From positions 1 to 64,000 of the forward strand of contig JBMNJG010000010.1 in the NCBI GenBank assembly GCA_050951545.1: a stretch of 64,000 bases of DNA. Direction: 5' to 3'. This stretch comes from Limnochordia bacterium (GTDB taxonomy: Bacteria > Bacillota > Limnochordia > DTU080). How positions within the stretch are numbered: the stretch's first letter is position 1; each line of letters starts with the position of its first letter. Below, in pieces: positions 39,109-49,687 of this stretch. The notes under the pieces are model-generated. The model did no database searches and was not told where the DNA came from. It saw only the letters and a program-made list of their open reading frames with translations. Made by a program: the position numbers and the translations under genes.

Positions 39109-40476
39109 TCAAGGCAGCCGTTCAAAGCTCAGGCCCGGCACAAACCTCGCCGCTTCGGCGAGGACGTCAGCCACATGACCGTGTACAACACTCACATGAT
39201 GGACGTAGGGCCCCTCAACAAACCTTCTCTCCCAAGCAGGCCAGTCGCTCACCTCAACCCACAGGTACGTGCCCCAGGTCTCAGGTCCATCCACGCCTCT
39301 CGCGTGACCAGCCACAAGCGAATACTGCCCGTGGTCACCGTCAAACCTCGCCACCGTGATGTCTCCACCCCGGATGCGCCAGAAGGCCTGGCCTTTCGCA
39401 GTTACCTTCGCCGGACTTACCTGATCCCACAAGCTAAACGGGAAGGGGCCGCAGTGCCACAATAGTTCCGTGTTGTCGTCTTCTGGATGACGGACCGTGA
39501 GGTCTGCAAAGAACGTAGGAGTGCTGCCCCCAACCGCCGCCTCCAACAGCACCGATGTGACTGCCCCGTGGATATCTGTCTCGCAGATGACAGGCAGACC
39601 CTCCTCTGTCAGAAAGGCATTCACCAGACACGTCCCGATGCCGTAGGAGCGGCGCAGAGCCTGCCAACACTGAATAACCACTGCACTACAACCGTTTTGC
39701 TCAGCCCACCGCGAGATGGCCAGCTTCAGAGCTGCCATCTTGTCAATGCCTTCTTTGCCGACCTGGAACACTGGTATTGTCCTCTGAAAACTCTGGGCTT
39801 GTTCTCGCTGCTCGGCAGAGCCCAGCAACTCCCTGGCGTCTTCAATGATGTCGACAAGGCTGACGGGAACAACCGTAATACCGAACTTCTCCAGGAGCTC
39901 GCCTTCGCTGTACATCATGGTCAGAAAAGGCGCAGGCCTGGTGCCAATTTGACCGATGCGTAGGCCGCGAAAGGCCTTGACCACCCTCGCCGCAGCCAAG
40001 AAGCGCTGCACTCCCTCTGCGAACTGCGAGTCATCGGCGCGGCAGTTTTCGATGTACGAAAACGGGATATCAAAGCGCCTCAGAACCTTACCCGTAGCGA
40101 ACAACCCGCACTGTCGGTCTGTGATCGACTCTACCTGCTGGCGCTCTTCGAAATCCCGCTCTCCCCAAATCAAGACAGGCTTCTTCATCTGATAGGCGAT
40201 ATGACCTACCACCTCTTCTGTTCCGAAGTTGCAGTGCGGAAAGAACAGGGCATCCACATCAGCCTCTTTGAGTTTTGCCACAGCTGGTGCCACCTGCTCA
40301 AGGGCGTACACTGTGCCACTCTCTGTCACACCGTCTACGTTTACCATATCGATGCCGAGGTCTGTTAGCCTGTCGATTACTCTGACTTTGGCGGCTGCCA
40401 TACGCTCACGATTGCCGAAGGCATAGCGCTGAGTCGGTACCACGCCGAGCTTCACTGCATATCGTTTGTGAGCCAT
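39109..40476 (-). CDS. L-fucose/L-arabinose isomerase-family protein
   Basis: HCNFGTE, DRQCGLFA, IQCW, CETDIHGA, LWHCGPFP, GPYVHH. Confidence 0.85.
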   Translation of the reverse strand: MAHKRYAVKLGVVPTQRYAFGNRERMAAAKVRVIDRLTDLGIDMVNVDGVTESGTVYALEQVAPAVAKLKEADVDALFFPHCNFGTEEVVGHIAYQMKKPVLIWGERDFEERQQVESITDRQCGLFATGKVLRRFDIPFSYIENCRADDSQFAEGVQRFLAAARVVKAFRGLRIGQIGTRPAPFLTMMYSEGELLEKFGITVVPVSLVDIIEDARELLGSAEQREQAQSFQRTIPVFQVGKEGIDKMAALKLAISRWAEQNGCSAVVIQCWQALRRSYGIGTCLVNAFLTEEGLPVICETDIHGAVTSVLLEAAVGGSTPTFFADLTVRHPEDDNTELLWHCGPFPFSLWDQVSPAKVTAKGQAFWRIRGGDITVARFDGDHGQYSLVAGHARGVDGPETWGTYLWVEVSDWPAWERRFVEGPYVHHVSVVHGHVADVLAEAARFVPGLSFERLP

Positions 40477-40741
40477 TAGTATAGATAACTCCTCTCTTGT
40501 GTGGACTGAATTTGCCCTTGATCTTCCCTATATATGAAGAAACTCCTTTTCGCAGATGAGCCTGCCTACACGCTGTCTTTTGTTTCCGCACGCTTACCCC
40601 AAAGCAGGAAAAACCGCTTCCGAAGCGAATTTGCCCTCTGCAAGAGAGTACGCGTGTCGGCAGCCAACAACACACCAGAATCCAGGCCGCCAGTATGTCC
40701 GCACAGCGTAACACGATTCTCTAGCAGGGGAGCAGCCGAAC

Positions 40742-41611
40742 ATGCCAACCAAACCACTACCAGCAGCAGAGACGACCGCTTTACTACGTATTCAGTCAGT
40801 CCGGAAAGAGTTGGCGGATGCCGAGGGACGCGTCGCCAACTTCATCTGCCAAAACCCCCGGAGTGTTATCAGAATGGCGATTACCGAACTGGCCGCCCGC
40901 TGCGAGACCAGTGAAGCCACTGTGATGCGCATGTGCCGCAAAACTGGCTTCCAGGGCTTTCAAGACCTCAAGATCACCTTGGCCCAGGATCTGGTATCGC
41001 CGGTTGAGACCATTCAGCAAGGGCTTCAAGAAGGCGATACCCCCGATACCGTGGTGGATAAGACATTCCGCTCCCTGATCGAGACCCTAGAACACACCCG
41101 CCGCCTGCTACAAATAGACGCCTTTGAGACAATCACCAGGATCCTGCGCGAGGCCCGTCAGATCGACATCTACGGCTCCGGCAACTCAGCTGCTGTTGCT
41201 CGCGATTTCCAGCACAAACTGCGACGGTTGGGCCTACAAGCCACGGCCTACGAAGACTCCCATATGCAAATTATCTCGGCGACAGCCCTGCAGGCCGAGG
41301 ATGTGGCCGTTGGGGTGTCGCAAAGTGGCAACTCCCAGTGCGTGGTCGAGGCTATCCGCATTGCCAAGAGCCAAGGTGCCACTACCGTGGCCCTGACGAG
41401 CTACGGCAACTCCCATCTGGCCACTGACTGCGACTACTGCTTGCTATCGGCCCCCGAAAGCGATAGCTTCCCTGTAGTCGGTATGAGGTCCCGTATCGCC
41501 CAGTTGGCGATTATCGCGGCTCTACATGCGAACTTGGCCCTCGGCGACATGGAACGCTTCATTCCTCAGCTGCGCAATATGGAGCGCGAGATCTCCCGCA
41601 CCAAGTTGTGA
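40742..41611 (+). CDS. MurR/RpiR-family transcriptional regulator
   Basis: ITELAARCETSEATVMRMCRKTGFQGFQDLK HTH plus SIS domain (YGSGNS, VSQSG). Confidence 0.92.
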   Translation: MPTKPLPAAETTALLRIQSVRKELADAEGRVANFICQNPRSVIRMAITELAARCETSEATVMRMCRKTGFQGFQDLKITLAQDLVSPVETIQQGLQEGDTPDTVVDKTFRSLIETLEHTRRLLQIDAFETITRILREARQIDIYGSGNSAAVARDFQHKLRRLGLQATAYEDSHMQIISATALQAEDVAVGVSQSGNSQCVVEAIRIAKSQGATTVALTSYGNSHLATDCDYCLLSAPESDSFPVVGMRSRIAQLAIIAALHANLALGDMERFIPQLRNMEREISRTKL

Positions 41612-41614
41612 ACG

Positions 41615-43141
41615 TCACTTGCAGGCCAGCACATCAGACAACCTCCTGTAGGTGCCTGCCAAGTTGTCGTGCGCTTCCTTGTAGATGTCAAAGAGTGCGG
41701 CATAGCGGTGGTGGTTCTCCATATTCGGGACCATGTGGTTCGCCATCCTGACACATTGCGTGGCGGCCATAGCTACGTCCCGAAACACCCCTATGCCGAC
41801 CCCGGCCAAAATGGCTCCGCCATACGATGAGTCTGCGGTGACGGGCTCTGACAAAGGTCGGCCGAGAACATCACTCATGATCTGACGCCACAGAGGGCTT
41901 CGGGCGCCACCGCCGATGATGCGCAGATCCTGCGGCTCCAGGCCCACTTCCTTGAAGACCGAGAGAGAGTCGAGAAGTGAAAAGGCCACTCCCTCGAGTA
42001 CGGCACGAGCAAAATGCGCTCGAGTGTGACGCATCGTAATGCCTATGAAATCACCCTTTAGGTAGGGATCGCCGTACGGTGACAGCTCACCTAACAGGTA
42101 GGGGTGAAAGACAAGGCCCTCCGCCCCCATAGGCACCTGGGCCGCTTCTTCATCAATCATCTCATAGATGCTCGTGCCGGAATCTCGGGCCAGCGCGTAC
42201 TCGTGGCTATAGAAGGCATCCCTCAGCCATCTAAAGGAAGAGGCACAGGACTTGGTACCTGTCCCTGGATACCACTTCCCGGGCACCACGTGCGGGTAGT
42301 TGAACAGATGCGGGTGAGCACAGGCCCGGTCTGTAATCACGCATATCCGGCCCGCTGTGGCTAGCTTGATCGTGCTTTGTCCCGTCTTTGCTGCCCCAGC
42401 CGCAAAAACCTCCAGTGCCGTGTCAGTGGCACCAGCGATGACCGGAGTGCCTTGTTGAAGACCTGTCATCTGTGCAGCCTGCTGTGTCACCTGACCCACC
42501 ACCTCGGCAGGCGCTACAACGGGCGGCAGTTTCTCAACAGGAAGGCCCAACAGACCACAAAGCTCCTCTGACCAGCACTCCCTGCGGGCATCGAACAGCA
42601 TAGAGCCCAAGGCTTCAATGGAATCCGTGACATATGTACCTGTAAGCCGCCAGCGTACGTAGTCCTTGGCAAACAGAACGAAGGCTACCTTCTTCCATAC
42701 CTCTGGCTCGTGCTCCTTAATCCACAGTAGTTGCGGGAGGGTCCACACCGGGTCAACTCTGTTATGGGTGATCTCGAGGATACTCTTCCCGTACTCGCGC
42801 TCCAGTCTCTCCGCCTGAGGGGCACTTCTCTGGTCGGTCCACAGTATGGCCCGCCTGAGAACGCGGAAATCGCCATCCAATAGCACAGCGGTATGCGTAG
42901 GAGCACTCAAACAGATCGCAGCAATCTCCGAGACAGGCCAGTCACATCGTTTCATCTCCGAAACCGCATCACACAAAGCGTGATACCAATCATCTGGCTT
43001 CTGCTCTGCCCATCCTGCCCGCGGATAGTAGGTAGGATACTCGTGCGCTGCTGTGTAGACTGGCCGTCCCCGAAAGTCAATGAGCGTAGTCTTGCAGGCC
43101 CCGCTGCCAATGTCTATACCTAGCAGGTATCGCAAAGACAT
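41615..43141 (-). CDS. xylB: FGGY-family sugar kinase (xylulokinase-like)
   Basis: LLGIDIGSG, GWAEQ.P, ILWTDQRS, FHPYLLGE, RAVLEGVAF, GGGARSPLWRQIMSDV. True substrate unknown. Confidence 0.8.
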   Translation of the reverse strand: MSLRYLLGIDIGSGACKTTLIDFRGRPVYTAAHEYPTYYPRAGWAEQKPDDWYHALCDAVSEMKRCDWPVSEIAAICLSAPTHTAVLLDGDFRVLRRAILWTDQRSAPQAERLEREYGKSILEITHNRVDPVWTLPQLLWIKEHEPEVWKKVAFVLFAKDYVRWRLTGTYVTDSIEALGSMLFDARRECWSEELCGLLGLPVEKLPPVVAPAEVVGQVTQQAAQMTGLQQGTPVIAGATDTALEVFAAGAAKTGQSTIKLATAGRICVITDRACAHPHLFNYPHVVPGKWYPGTGTKSCASSFRWLRDAFYSHEYALARDSGTSIYEMIDEEAAQVPMGAEGLVFHPYLLGELSPYGDPYLKGDFIGITMRHTRAHFARAVLEGVAFSLLDSLSVFKEVGLEPQDLRIIGGGARSPLWRQIMSDVLGRPLSEPVTADSSYGGAILAGVGIGVFRDVAMAATQCVRMANHMVPNMENHHRYAALFDIYKEAHDNLAGTYRRLSDVLACK

Positions 43142-43171
43142 GCTGTCACCTCGCTTTCCCGACCAGGGACG

Positions 43172-43960
43172 CTAGCAGTTGGTCACCCAAGCGTACCGGG
43201 GCTCGGGCCTGGAGAGAAACAGCCGCTTCTCGCCAGCCATGACCCACAGGATGTATAGTGCATTCCCTGGAGATGCCGCTGCCGGATGGTATCCTCTGGG
43301 AACGATCACAGTGTCATCCTGTCGTACGATGTAACTCTCATCGAGTGAGCGATCGTCCGAGTACACCATCTGAACCCCGAACCCGTCAGACGGTCTCGTG
43401 CGGAAGAAATACACCTCTTCCATATCGACCTCGTTGGGAGGATCATCCACATCATGGCAGTGAGGGGGGAATGTCCATTGGCCGGGTGCCAGAATCGTCT
43501 CACCGATATACAGGTTCTTAGCAGCAATTCTCGCATCAACAATGAAGTAGGCGTCGCGCTGCCACAGCGAGTGCCCCAGACTCTTGTGGATCACGTCATC
43601 CGAGGCTATCAGCGTGGCCTCTACCTGAGCATCGGAAGGAGCCGTGCATACGGCCACCTCTACCCAGTCTTTTGCTTTCACCTCAAACGCGGTACCAGAG
43701 GGTAGATACACTGCGTAAGGCTTGCCCCCAAACACCGACTGCCGTTCTCCGATCTCCGCAAAGCAGAAACCCTCTCCCTCGACTGTGCACGTGCCACTAA
43801 GCAACACAAGGCCTGTTTCCCTGTCACCCGTATGACCATGGTATGATCCGTTCTCCCCCAAGCGAAGCAGGCCAAAACCGATCTTCTTCATGTCCTTTTT
43901 CTCAGTATCGACGATGGGTACATAGCCGTCTTGCCGCTCGTAGCGTCGAAGAAGGATCAT
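43172..43960 (-). CDS. iolB: 5-deoxy-glucuronate isomerase-like (IolB/KduI family)
   Basis: IGERQSVFGG.PYAVYLP, WTFPPHCHD, MEEVYFF, GFGVQMVY, VPRGYHP, LWVMAG. Confidence 0.85.
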   Translation of the reverse strand: MILLRRYERQDGYVPIVDTEKKDMKKIGFGLLRLGENGSYHGHTGDRETGLVLLSGTCTVEGEGFCFAEIGERQSVFGGKPYAVYLPSGTAFEVKAKDWVEVAVCTAPSDAQVEATLIASDDVIHKSLGHSLWQRDAYFIVDARIAAKNLYIGETILAPGQWTFPPHCHDVDDPPNEVDMEEVYFFRTRPSDGFGVQMVYSDDRSLDESYIVRQDDTVIVPRGYHPAAASPGNALYILWVMAGEKRLFLSRPEPRYAWVTNC

Positions 43961-43979
43961 TGCCTCTCCTCCCTACCTT

Positions 43980-44029
43980 TGGCGCTACAGCTGTGGCTTC
44001 CACAGACCAGTGCCACAGCTGTAGCGCCA
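43980..44029. other. Perfect 18-bp intergenic stem-loop inside the operon
   Basis: TGGCGCTACAGCTGTGGC (43980-97) / GCCACAGCTGTAGCGCCA (44012-29). Confidence 0.7.
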
Positions 44030-44045
44030 TTCTTGGTTTTGCACC

Positions 44046-45506
44046 CTACAGAGGCCGCGTTGGAAAGGGAAAGCCCAGCTTCCCCGGATTCATGATCCCA
44101 TTGGGATCAAGCGCCTCCTTGAGGTGGGTCAACACATTGAAAGCTGGGCCGTACTGTTTTTCCATGAACGATGCCAGCTTCAGCCCGATACCATGGTGTT
44201 CATTAATCATGCCGCCAGCTTTCAGTGCTGCTTCGATACCGATATGCCACACCCGATTGTACAGGCGGATAGCCTCCGCGGCATCTTCAGGAGGTTCCTT
44301 GATCACAAAGCGGTCATACATCATGCAGCCCCACTCGTACCAATGAGAGAAGTGGGCCATGAAGGTGATATCCGGCGAAATCGCCTCGACCGCATCCTTC
44401 ATCGCATGGTACACGTCCTCTATGGCATCATAGGTCGCCACCGTATCCATGGTGCCGAAGGCCTCAGGCAGATCCAGTGTGTGCGGCGGGTAGTAGAAAT
44501 CAAGCTGGTGATCCCACCAGTGCTGTCCCGGCTCTTCACCCAGATCTTGTGCCCCCAGTTCGGTACATATCTCGTGGGTGCGTTGCAGTGCGAACTCAAC
44601 CGGGACCTTGTAGCCTTCGTAGCCCACCACCATGTAGGCGCCGTCTACATCGATCCCTAACACACGCTTAACCACCTTATGCGTCTCTAGCTCATCGTAC
44701 AGCCGAATGGTCGATGGCCCCAGCCTCGCAACCATCAGCCTGCGTCCGGCCTCTAGCCCAGCACTCAACGTATCGAAAAGATAGGCCCGGAAGTGGCGAG
44801 CCTCCGGTTGTGGATGTACCTTCATCGTAGCCTCAGTGATCACGCCGAGCGTCCCTTCCGAGCCTACGAAAAGCTGCGTGAGATCAGGGCCAGCTGCGTG
44901 CCGCGGGACAGGAGCGGTGCGAATGATCTCACCAGTCGGTAGCACGACTTCAAGAGACAAGACCATGTCCTCGATCTTCCCATACTTTGTCGAAAGCACG
45001 CCCGTGCCTCGGTGGGCCAGAAAGCCCCCCAGCGTAGCGCTTCGAATGGAAGCTGCGAAGTGCATCATGCTGTAATTCCGCTGCTGCAGCCACGTCTCTA
45101 GGGTCTGCTGAATGATCCCGGTCTGCGCTGTCACCGTAAGAGACTGCTCATCGAAGCGGACGATGGAATTAAGCCTCTTTAGATCGAGCACAATGCCGCC
45201 CTGGACAGGTAGGGCTCCCCCTTGAGAGCCAGAGCCGCCTCCCCATGGCGTTACAGGCAACCGATAGTGGTTAGCAATACGCAGCACGTCCGCCACTTCT
45301 TGCGTCGAACGCGGTTTGACGATCCATTGCGGCTTGGGCATGGGCATGTCTCTGTCGAACCAAAGACGGGGAACCCAGTAGTAGTCGACGGCGTAGCAGA
45401 GGCAGTCGGCATCCACGGAACGAAAGCCGTCTGGACCCACGACACTCTCCAGCTCAGCTTCGAGAATCGGTTGTAGGTAGCTATGAGGCGACTGAGCGTT
45501 CATCAT
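44046..45506 (-). CDS. FAD-binding oxidoreductase (GlcD/alkyl-DHAP-synthase family)
   Basis: PWGGGSGSQGGA, ATLGGFLA, YGKIEDMV, GSEGTLGVIT, EHHGIG, LDPNGIMNPGK. ATG 45506 overlaps the upstream stop. Confidence 0.9.
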   Translation of the reverse strand: MMNAQSPHSYLQPILEAELESVVGPDGFRSVDADCLCYAVDYYWVPRLWFDRDMPMPKPQWIVKPRSTQEVADVLRIANHYRLPVTPWGGGSGSQGGALPVQGGIVLDLKRLNSIVRFDEQSLTVTAQTGIIQQTLETWLQQRNYSMMHFAASIRSATLGGFLAHRGTGVLSTKYGKIEDMVLSLEVVLPTGEIIRTAPVPRHAAGPDLTQLFVGSEGTLGVITEATMKVHPQPEARHFRAYLFDTLSAGLEAGRRLMVARLGPSTIRLYDELETHKVVKRVLGIDVDGAYMVVGYEGYKVPVEFALQRTHEICTELGAQDLGEEPGQHWWDHQLDFYYPPHTLDLPEAFGTMDTVATYDAIEDVYHAMKDAVEAISPDITFMAHFSHWYEWGCMMYDRFVIKEPPEDAAEAIRLYNRVWHIGIEAALKAGGMINEHHGIGLKLASFMEKQYGPAFNVLTHLKEALDPNGIMNPGKLGFPFPTRPL

Positions 45507-46642
45507 GATCCAACACCTTCCACATCTTTTGTGATCTTCCCAGCCGCCAACTCTGCCAAGTGCCACACTTGAACTGGAGATGCCAGGGCCTTCTGTGCGG
45601 CGAGGAGATGGCTGGCGCAGCGAGCGCACGCCGTCACGATGCAAGGCGTCGCCTCATGATCTGCCGCCGTTTCCAGTGCCGCATCAAACAGCCTCTCGGC
45701 AGCTCCCATGGCGATGTCAGAACGCAGCAGCGGCAGCGCGCCCGTGGCTCCGCATGCGTAGGCCTGCTCACGGCAGAGGGGGAATTCCTGCCACCGCTTT
45801 GGCAGTAGCTGATCCAACACAGCGCGTGGTGTATCGTGCATGACGCTCAGCCGTGCCAAGCTAGCATCGTCATGGTAGAGCCATAGCCGACCCTCAACCG
45901 CACTGTCGGGCAAGGGGTTCACTGACAGCCCTTTCAGCCATGTGGCCACGTGAATGATTTCCACACCCTCCGGCCAGCTGATACCCCACCGCGGATAGCG
46001 ACGCAGAAACGTGTCATAGCATTGCGAACAAGCGGTCACAACCCGCTTGGCGCCGCTCGCCTTTAGACGCTCCACATACTGCTGCGCCGAGGCGACTGCG
46101 TCATCCACATAGCCTAGATCAGCGAGCACATGCTCGCACATCGGCGCAGACTCCATTACCGAAAACGCCACCCCGTGCTGCTCGGCCAGAGACTGCAAGG
46201 CCTCCACAGTGCTGGCTGCAGCCTCAGGTGTAAGCAATCCCCCGGCATCAAAGACTACCTCACCAAGGTCAGGGTGGTAGCGTTGCACCTTGGACGTACC
46301 ATCTAGAGCAGGTCCGTCGACAACTGCCGCTGCGCGAGCCTTCAACACTGCTTGGGGCTGCATCTGCCGCTGTACGAACTCCTGCCGTATCGTCAATATC
46401 GCCTCGGGCAAATCCCGCTCTGAGGCACAGGTAGCCTTGCATAGTCCACATTGCGTGCAGGCATAGAGAGCTTCCGGCCCACCTGCTGGCAGGCTGCCTC
46501 GCCTGTACCAGCGGTCTGCTAGCAAAGCAAAGCCGCGCGACGTATGCGACTCCAGCCCTGTCACCACCCCGGCCGTGCATACATCACGACACATAGGGCA
46601 AAACCGGCAGTCTTCGACTATCTGTCTCGCCGTTTCGCTCAC
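45503..46642 (-). CDS. (Fe-S)-binding protein with CCG-like domains (GlcF/GlpC/HdrD-like)
   Basis: CRFCPMCRDVC, CTQCGLCKATC, VVTACSQC, ACGA, VTACARC. Confidence 0.85.
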   Translation of the reverse strand: MSETARQIVEDCRFCPMCRDVCTAGVVTGLESHTSRGFALLADRWYRRGSLPAGGPEALYACTQCGLCKATCASERDLPEAILTIRQEFVQRQMQPQAVLKARAAAVVDGPALDGTSKVQRYHPDLGEVVFDAGGLLTPEAAASTVEALQSLAEQHGVAFSVMESAPMCEHVLADLGYVDDAVASAQQYVERLKASGAKRVVTACSQCYDTFLRRYPRWGISWPEGVEIIHVATWLKGLSVNPLPDSAVEGRLWLYHDDASLARLSVMHDTPRAVLDQLLPKRWQEFPLCREQAYACGATGALPLLRSDIAMGAAERLFDAALETAADHEATPCIVTACARCASHLLAAQKALASPVQVWHLAELAAGKITKDVEGVGS

Positions 46643-47508
46643 AACATCACCCCTCGTTCCAGAGATCGCTCCCGCTCAAGGGCGCGAAGGAAATCCACAG
46701 CTTGCTGTACCTGGGCTACCTTGTCACCGCGCTTCTCTCGCTCAATGGCTATGTAGCCGTCGAACCCGTGCATATCCAGCAGGTCGAAGAAGCGGTTCCA
46801 GCGCACCCACCCCTCGCCCAGAGGTACCTCGCAGGCCTCGCCAGCTGCATCCACCAAGGCATCCTTGGCATGCACATGAACGATGTACTGTCCGAGAGCA
46901 TTCACACCTTCTGTCGGGATAAAGCTCTCCAATGCCTCCCGCTCGCAGTAATCACTGCCGCTTCTCTTGGCTAGCAATACGGGCCAGATGACGAAGTTCG
47001 CTGGGTCATAGTTAATCCTTAGCCCTGGGCAAGAGGCCTCTTCGACAAACGATCTCAACACAAACGGCGACTCCGGACCCGTTTCAATAGCCATAGTCAC
47101 CCCGTGGTCGCTCGCGATCTGCGCTGCGGCGGACACAGAGGCCAGCATATGCGCACGCACCGGATCGGACGGGTTCTCAGGTACGACCCCAATATGTGAT
47201 ATCCAGAATGGAGCGCCCAGATCAGCCGCCAGTTGGACGACCTCCCTAGTTCGTGTCAGCAGTGCCTTGCGGCGCTCTGGGTCTTCATACACGAATTCTG
47301 GCCCACCCGCGCCCGCTGCAGTGATCTTCAGACCCAATCCGGCAATGGTCTCCTTCAGTCGCTGGCGAGCGTCTGAATCCAGCATCTCTGGGGAATGTGG
47401 ACCCGAACCAACTGTAAGCTGCACGCCGTCTAGGCCCATCTTTTGGGCCAGGGGGAGTGCTTCTTCAGGGGGTAGATTGAAGTTTTGCAGCCTCACCGAG
47501 AGTTTCAT
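46639..47508 (-). CDS. Sugar phosphate isomerase/epimerase (xylose-isomerase-like TIM barrel)
   Basis: AIETGPE, NYDPAN, HVHAKD, PLGEG.V.W, IERE. AAAGGAG before ATG 47508. Confidence 0.88.
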   Translation of the reverse strand: MKLSVRLQNFNLPPEEALPLAQKMGLDGVQLTVGSGPHSPEMLDSDARQRLKETIAGLGLKITAAGAGGPEFVYEDPERRKALLTRTREVVQLAADLGAPFWISHIGVVPENPSDPVRAHMLASVSAAAQIASDHGVTMAIETGPESPFVLRSFVEEASCPGLRINYDPANFVIWPVLLAKRSGSDYCEREALESFIPTEGVNALGQYIVHVHAKDALVDAAGEACEVPLGEGWVRWNRFFDLLDMHGFDGYIAIEREKRGDKVAQVQQAVDFLRALERERSLERGVML

Positions 47509-47569
47509 GTGTGTGTTCGCTCCTTTGCGCATCCGTCAAGCCCTTTGACGCGGCCTGCCGTAAAAGACA

Positions 47570-48790
47570 TCAAGAGGAAGATCCGGCATAGACCACCACG
47601 CCCCCAACCACCGTTGCCCGCACGTGCAGATCGGGTGAAAGAACGACTAGGTCGCCATCCTTGCCCACATCCAGCGAACCCTTGCGGTGATCTATGCCGA
47701 TTAGAGTGGCTGGCGTGAGGGACGCTGTAGTAATAGCTTCGATTATTCCAAGACCACCGTGGCCCACCACTTCTCGTACCAACTGACTCATGGTAGCGAC
47801 ACTTCCTGCGAACTTCGTTCGATCTGGCAGTTTGGCTACGCCGTCCTCTACAAGCACTGTCAGATCACCAAGATTGTAGATGCCAGGAGGCATACCTACA
47901 GCTCGCATCCCATCGGTCACCAGGCAGCAGTTCGTAACCCCTTTTCGTCGGATCACCAGGGCTGCCATCTCACCTGACAGGTGATGCCCATCCGCGATCA
48001 ACTCTGCCGTGAGATCATCGTAGATCAGCGCGTACTCGTTGATGCCCAGACTCTTCTTGCCCCGCACGTTGAGCATTCCTGAGGTGCACGAAAAAAGGTG
48101 CGTTACATGCCTACAACCCGCCCCCATAGCCTTGACAACCGTATGCCCTACGGCGTTGCTGTGACCCATGGCTATGTGCCAGCCCCGTCGTGCAGCAGCC
48201 TGGATGAGCTCCAAAGCACCAGGTAATTCCGGAGCCACGGTGATGCGCTTCACACCTGCTCCTCTCTCGAGAAGCTCATCGTAGGGCATGTCTTGCGGAT
48301 CGCGCCGGGCATTCGGATCATGAGCGCCAATCTGGTCAGGTGCCAAAAAAGGCCCCTCAATATGGAAGCCTACCAGTTCAGCACCACCTGTTTCCTTGTT
48401 GGTCATCTGCGCCGCCGCATCCACCACATCCAACATGCGTTCCCAAGGGGTAGTCACGGTGCTTCCGACGAAGGAGGTCGTGCCACCAGACGCATGGCAT
48501 TGCGCGATTTTCCTAAAGGCATCGGGTGTGGCGTCCATGAAATCGGCCCCACCGCCACCATGGAGGTGGATATCTACAAAACCGGGGGCAACGTAACCTC
48601 CACCAGCGTCCAGCTCCTGGCTCTGTGGTGGCAATGCAGGTGCCTGGTCAGTAGGGCCTACCCAGGCGATGCGCCCGTCGGCAACCAAGACAGCGCCGTT
48701 AGGCATGATCACTCGGGGCGTGACCAACGTGCCATTTCGAATGAAAAGAACCGATGACCCGTCCAAGACAAAGACCTCCCTGTTGGTCAA
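47570..48790 (-). CDS. nagA: N-acetylglucosamine-6-phosphate deacetylase
   Basis: PGFVDIHLHGGGG.DFMD, HIEGPF, GAH, APELPG, GHS, THLF, IADGHH, VTD, AGS. Confidence 0.9.
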   Translation of the reverse strand: MTNREVFVLDGSSVLFIRNGTLVTPRVIMPNGAVLVADGRIAWVGPTDQAPALPPQSQELDAGGGYVAPGFVDIHLHGGGGADFMDATPDAFRKIAQCHASGGTTSFVGSTVTTPWERMLDVVDAAAQMTNKETGGAELVGFHIEGPFLAPDQIGAHDPNARRDPQDMPYDELLERGAGVKRITVAPELPGALELIQAAARRGWHIAMGHSNAVGHTVVKAMGAGCRHVTHLFSCTSGMLNVRGKKSLGINEYALIYDDLTAELIADGHHLSGEMAALVIRRKGVTNCCLVTDGMRAVGMPPGIYNLGDLTVLVEDGVAKLPDRTKFAGSVATMSQLVREVVGHGGLGIIEAITTASLTPATLIGIDHRKGSLDVGKDGDLVVLSPDLHVRATVVGGVVVYAGSSS

Positions 48791-48803
48791 GATTCGCCAT
48801 TTC

Positions 48804-49670
48804 TCATGGCCATCGTCGTACTAGTCCGAAAGGGTCAAGGGCTCCTCTGCCACCTCTGGCGTGATCACACACGTGAACATCGGGGTGGCGCTGGAGCAGA
48901 GACGCTGGCACCTGCGGCGTTACTGGACCATGAATCCAGCGTCGGGCGACGGCTGCCTGCCAGCCTCGGTTCAGATAGATGCGGACGCTACGAGCGGCCA
49001 GAATCTCCTTCATACCAACGGTAATAGCCCAGCGGGGCATGGCCTCAAGGTTGCCTCTGGCCGCAGACATCCCATTAACGACCCGCGTGCGATAATCTAG
49101 CTCCACAACCCGTGTAGGAAGAGCGGCGAATTGCTCTACGGTCATTCCCAGTGAGGGATCGGGAGGTTCGTTGAAAGCCACATGCCCGTTAATGCCAATG
49201 CCCCCAAAACAGATATCTACTCCGCCCAGCTCTGCGATACGGGCACCGATGCTGTCTGGGGAGCTCGGATGGGGCAACAGCCTGTTCTCCCTGGCCACCT
49301 GCTTATCGGGATCGAGAAGGTTGAAAAACTCCTCGTCCATGAAGCGACGGAAGCTCAAGGGATGCGAGTAACTGATGTAATCGCTTCCCTCTCGGTTCAG
49401 GTATTCATCCATGTTGATGCAAACCACATCCCGGCACGACACGCCTTCCACGTTGCACAGCCTAGCCAACCTGCGATACTGATCTCTGGGGCCCACGGGC
49501 AGGATGAAAACAGGCGGTTGGCCTTTTTCCAAACCATCCACAATAGCATTAAACATCACACGAGCCATGTCGTGATAGAGGTCAGTCTCGCTTTCCACTG
49601 TTTCCACTTTGATTTGGGTACCCCGTCCCAATTGGTCTCCAGGGATCTTCATGAACTCCTCGTCTGTCAT
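48804..49670 (-). CDS. Glucosamine-6-phosphate isomerase/deaminase-like (NagB family, atypical subgroup)
   Basis: ILPVGP, NMDEY, HPLSF, GGVDICFGGIGINGHVAFNEP, ITVGMKEIL, PASLLQRHP. C-terminus may be frameshifted. Confidence 0.82.
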   Translation of the reverse strand: MTDEEFMKIPGDQLGRGTQIKVETVESETDLYHDMARVMFNAIVDGLEKGQPPVFILPVGPRDQYRRLARLCNVEGVSCRDVVCINMDEYLNREGSDYISYSHPLSFRRFMDEEFFNLLDPDKQVARENRLLPHPSSPDSIGARIAELGGVDICFGGIGINGHVAFNEPPDPSLGMTVEQFAALPTRVVELDYRTRVVNGMSAARGNLEAMPRWAITVGMKEILAARSVRIYLNRGWQAAVARRWIHGPVTPQVPASLLQRHPDVHVCDHARGGRGALDPFGLVRRWP

Positions 49671-49687
49671 TTGCTCATGCCACCCTC

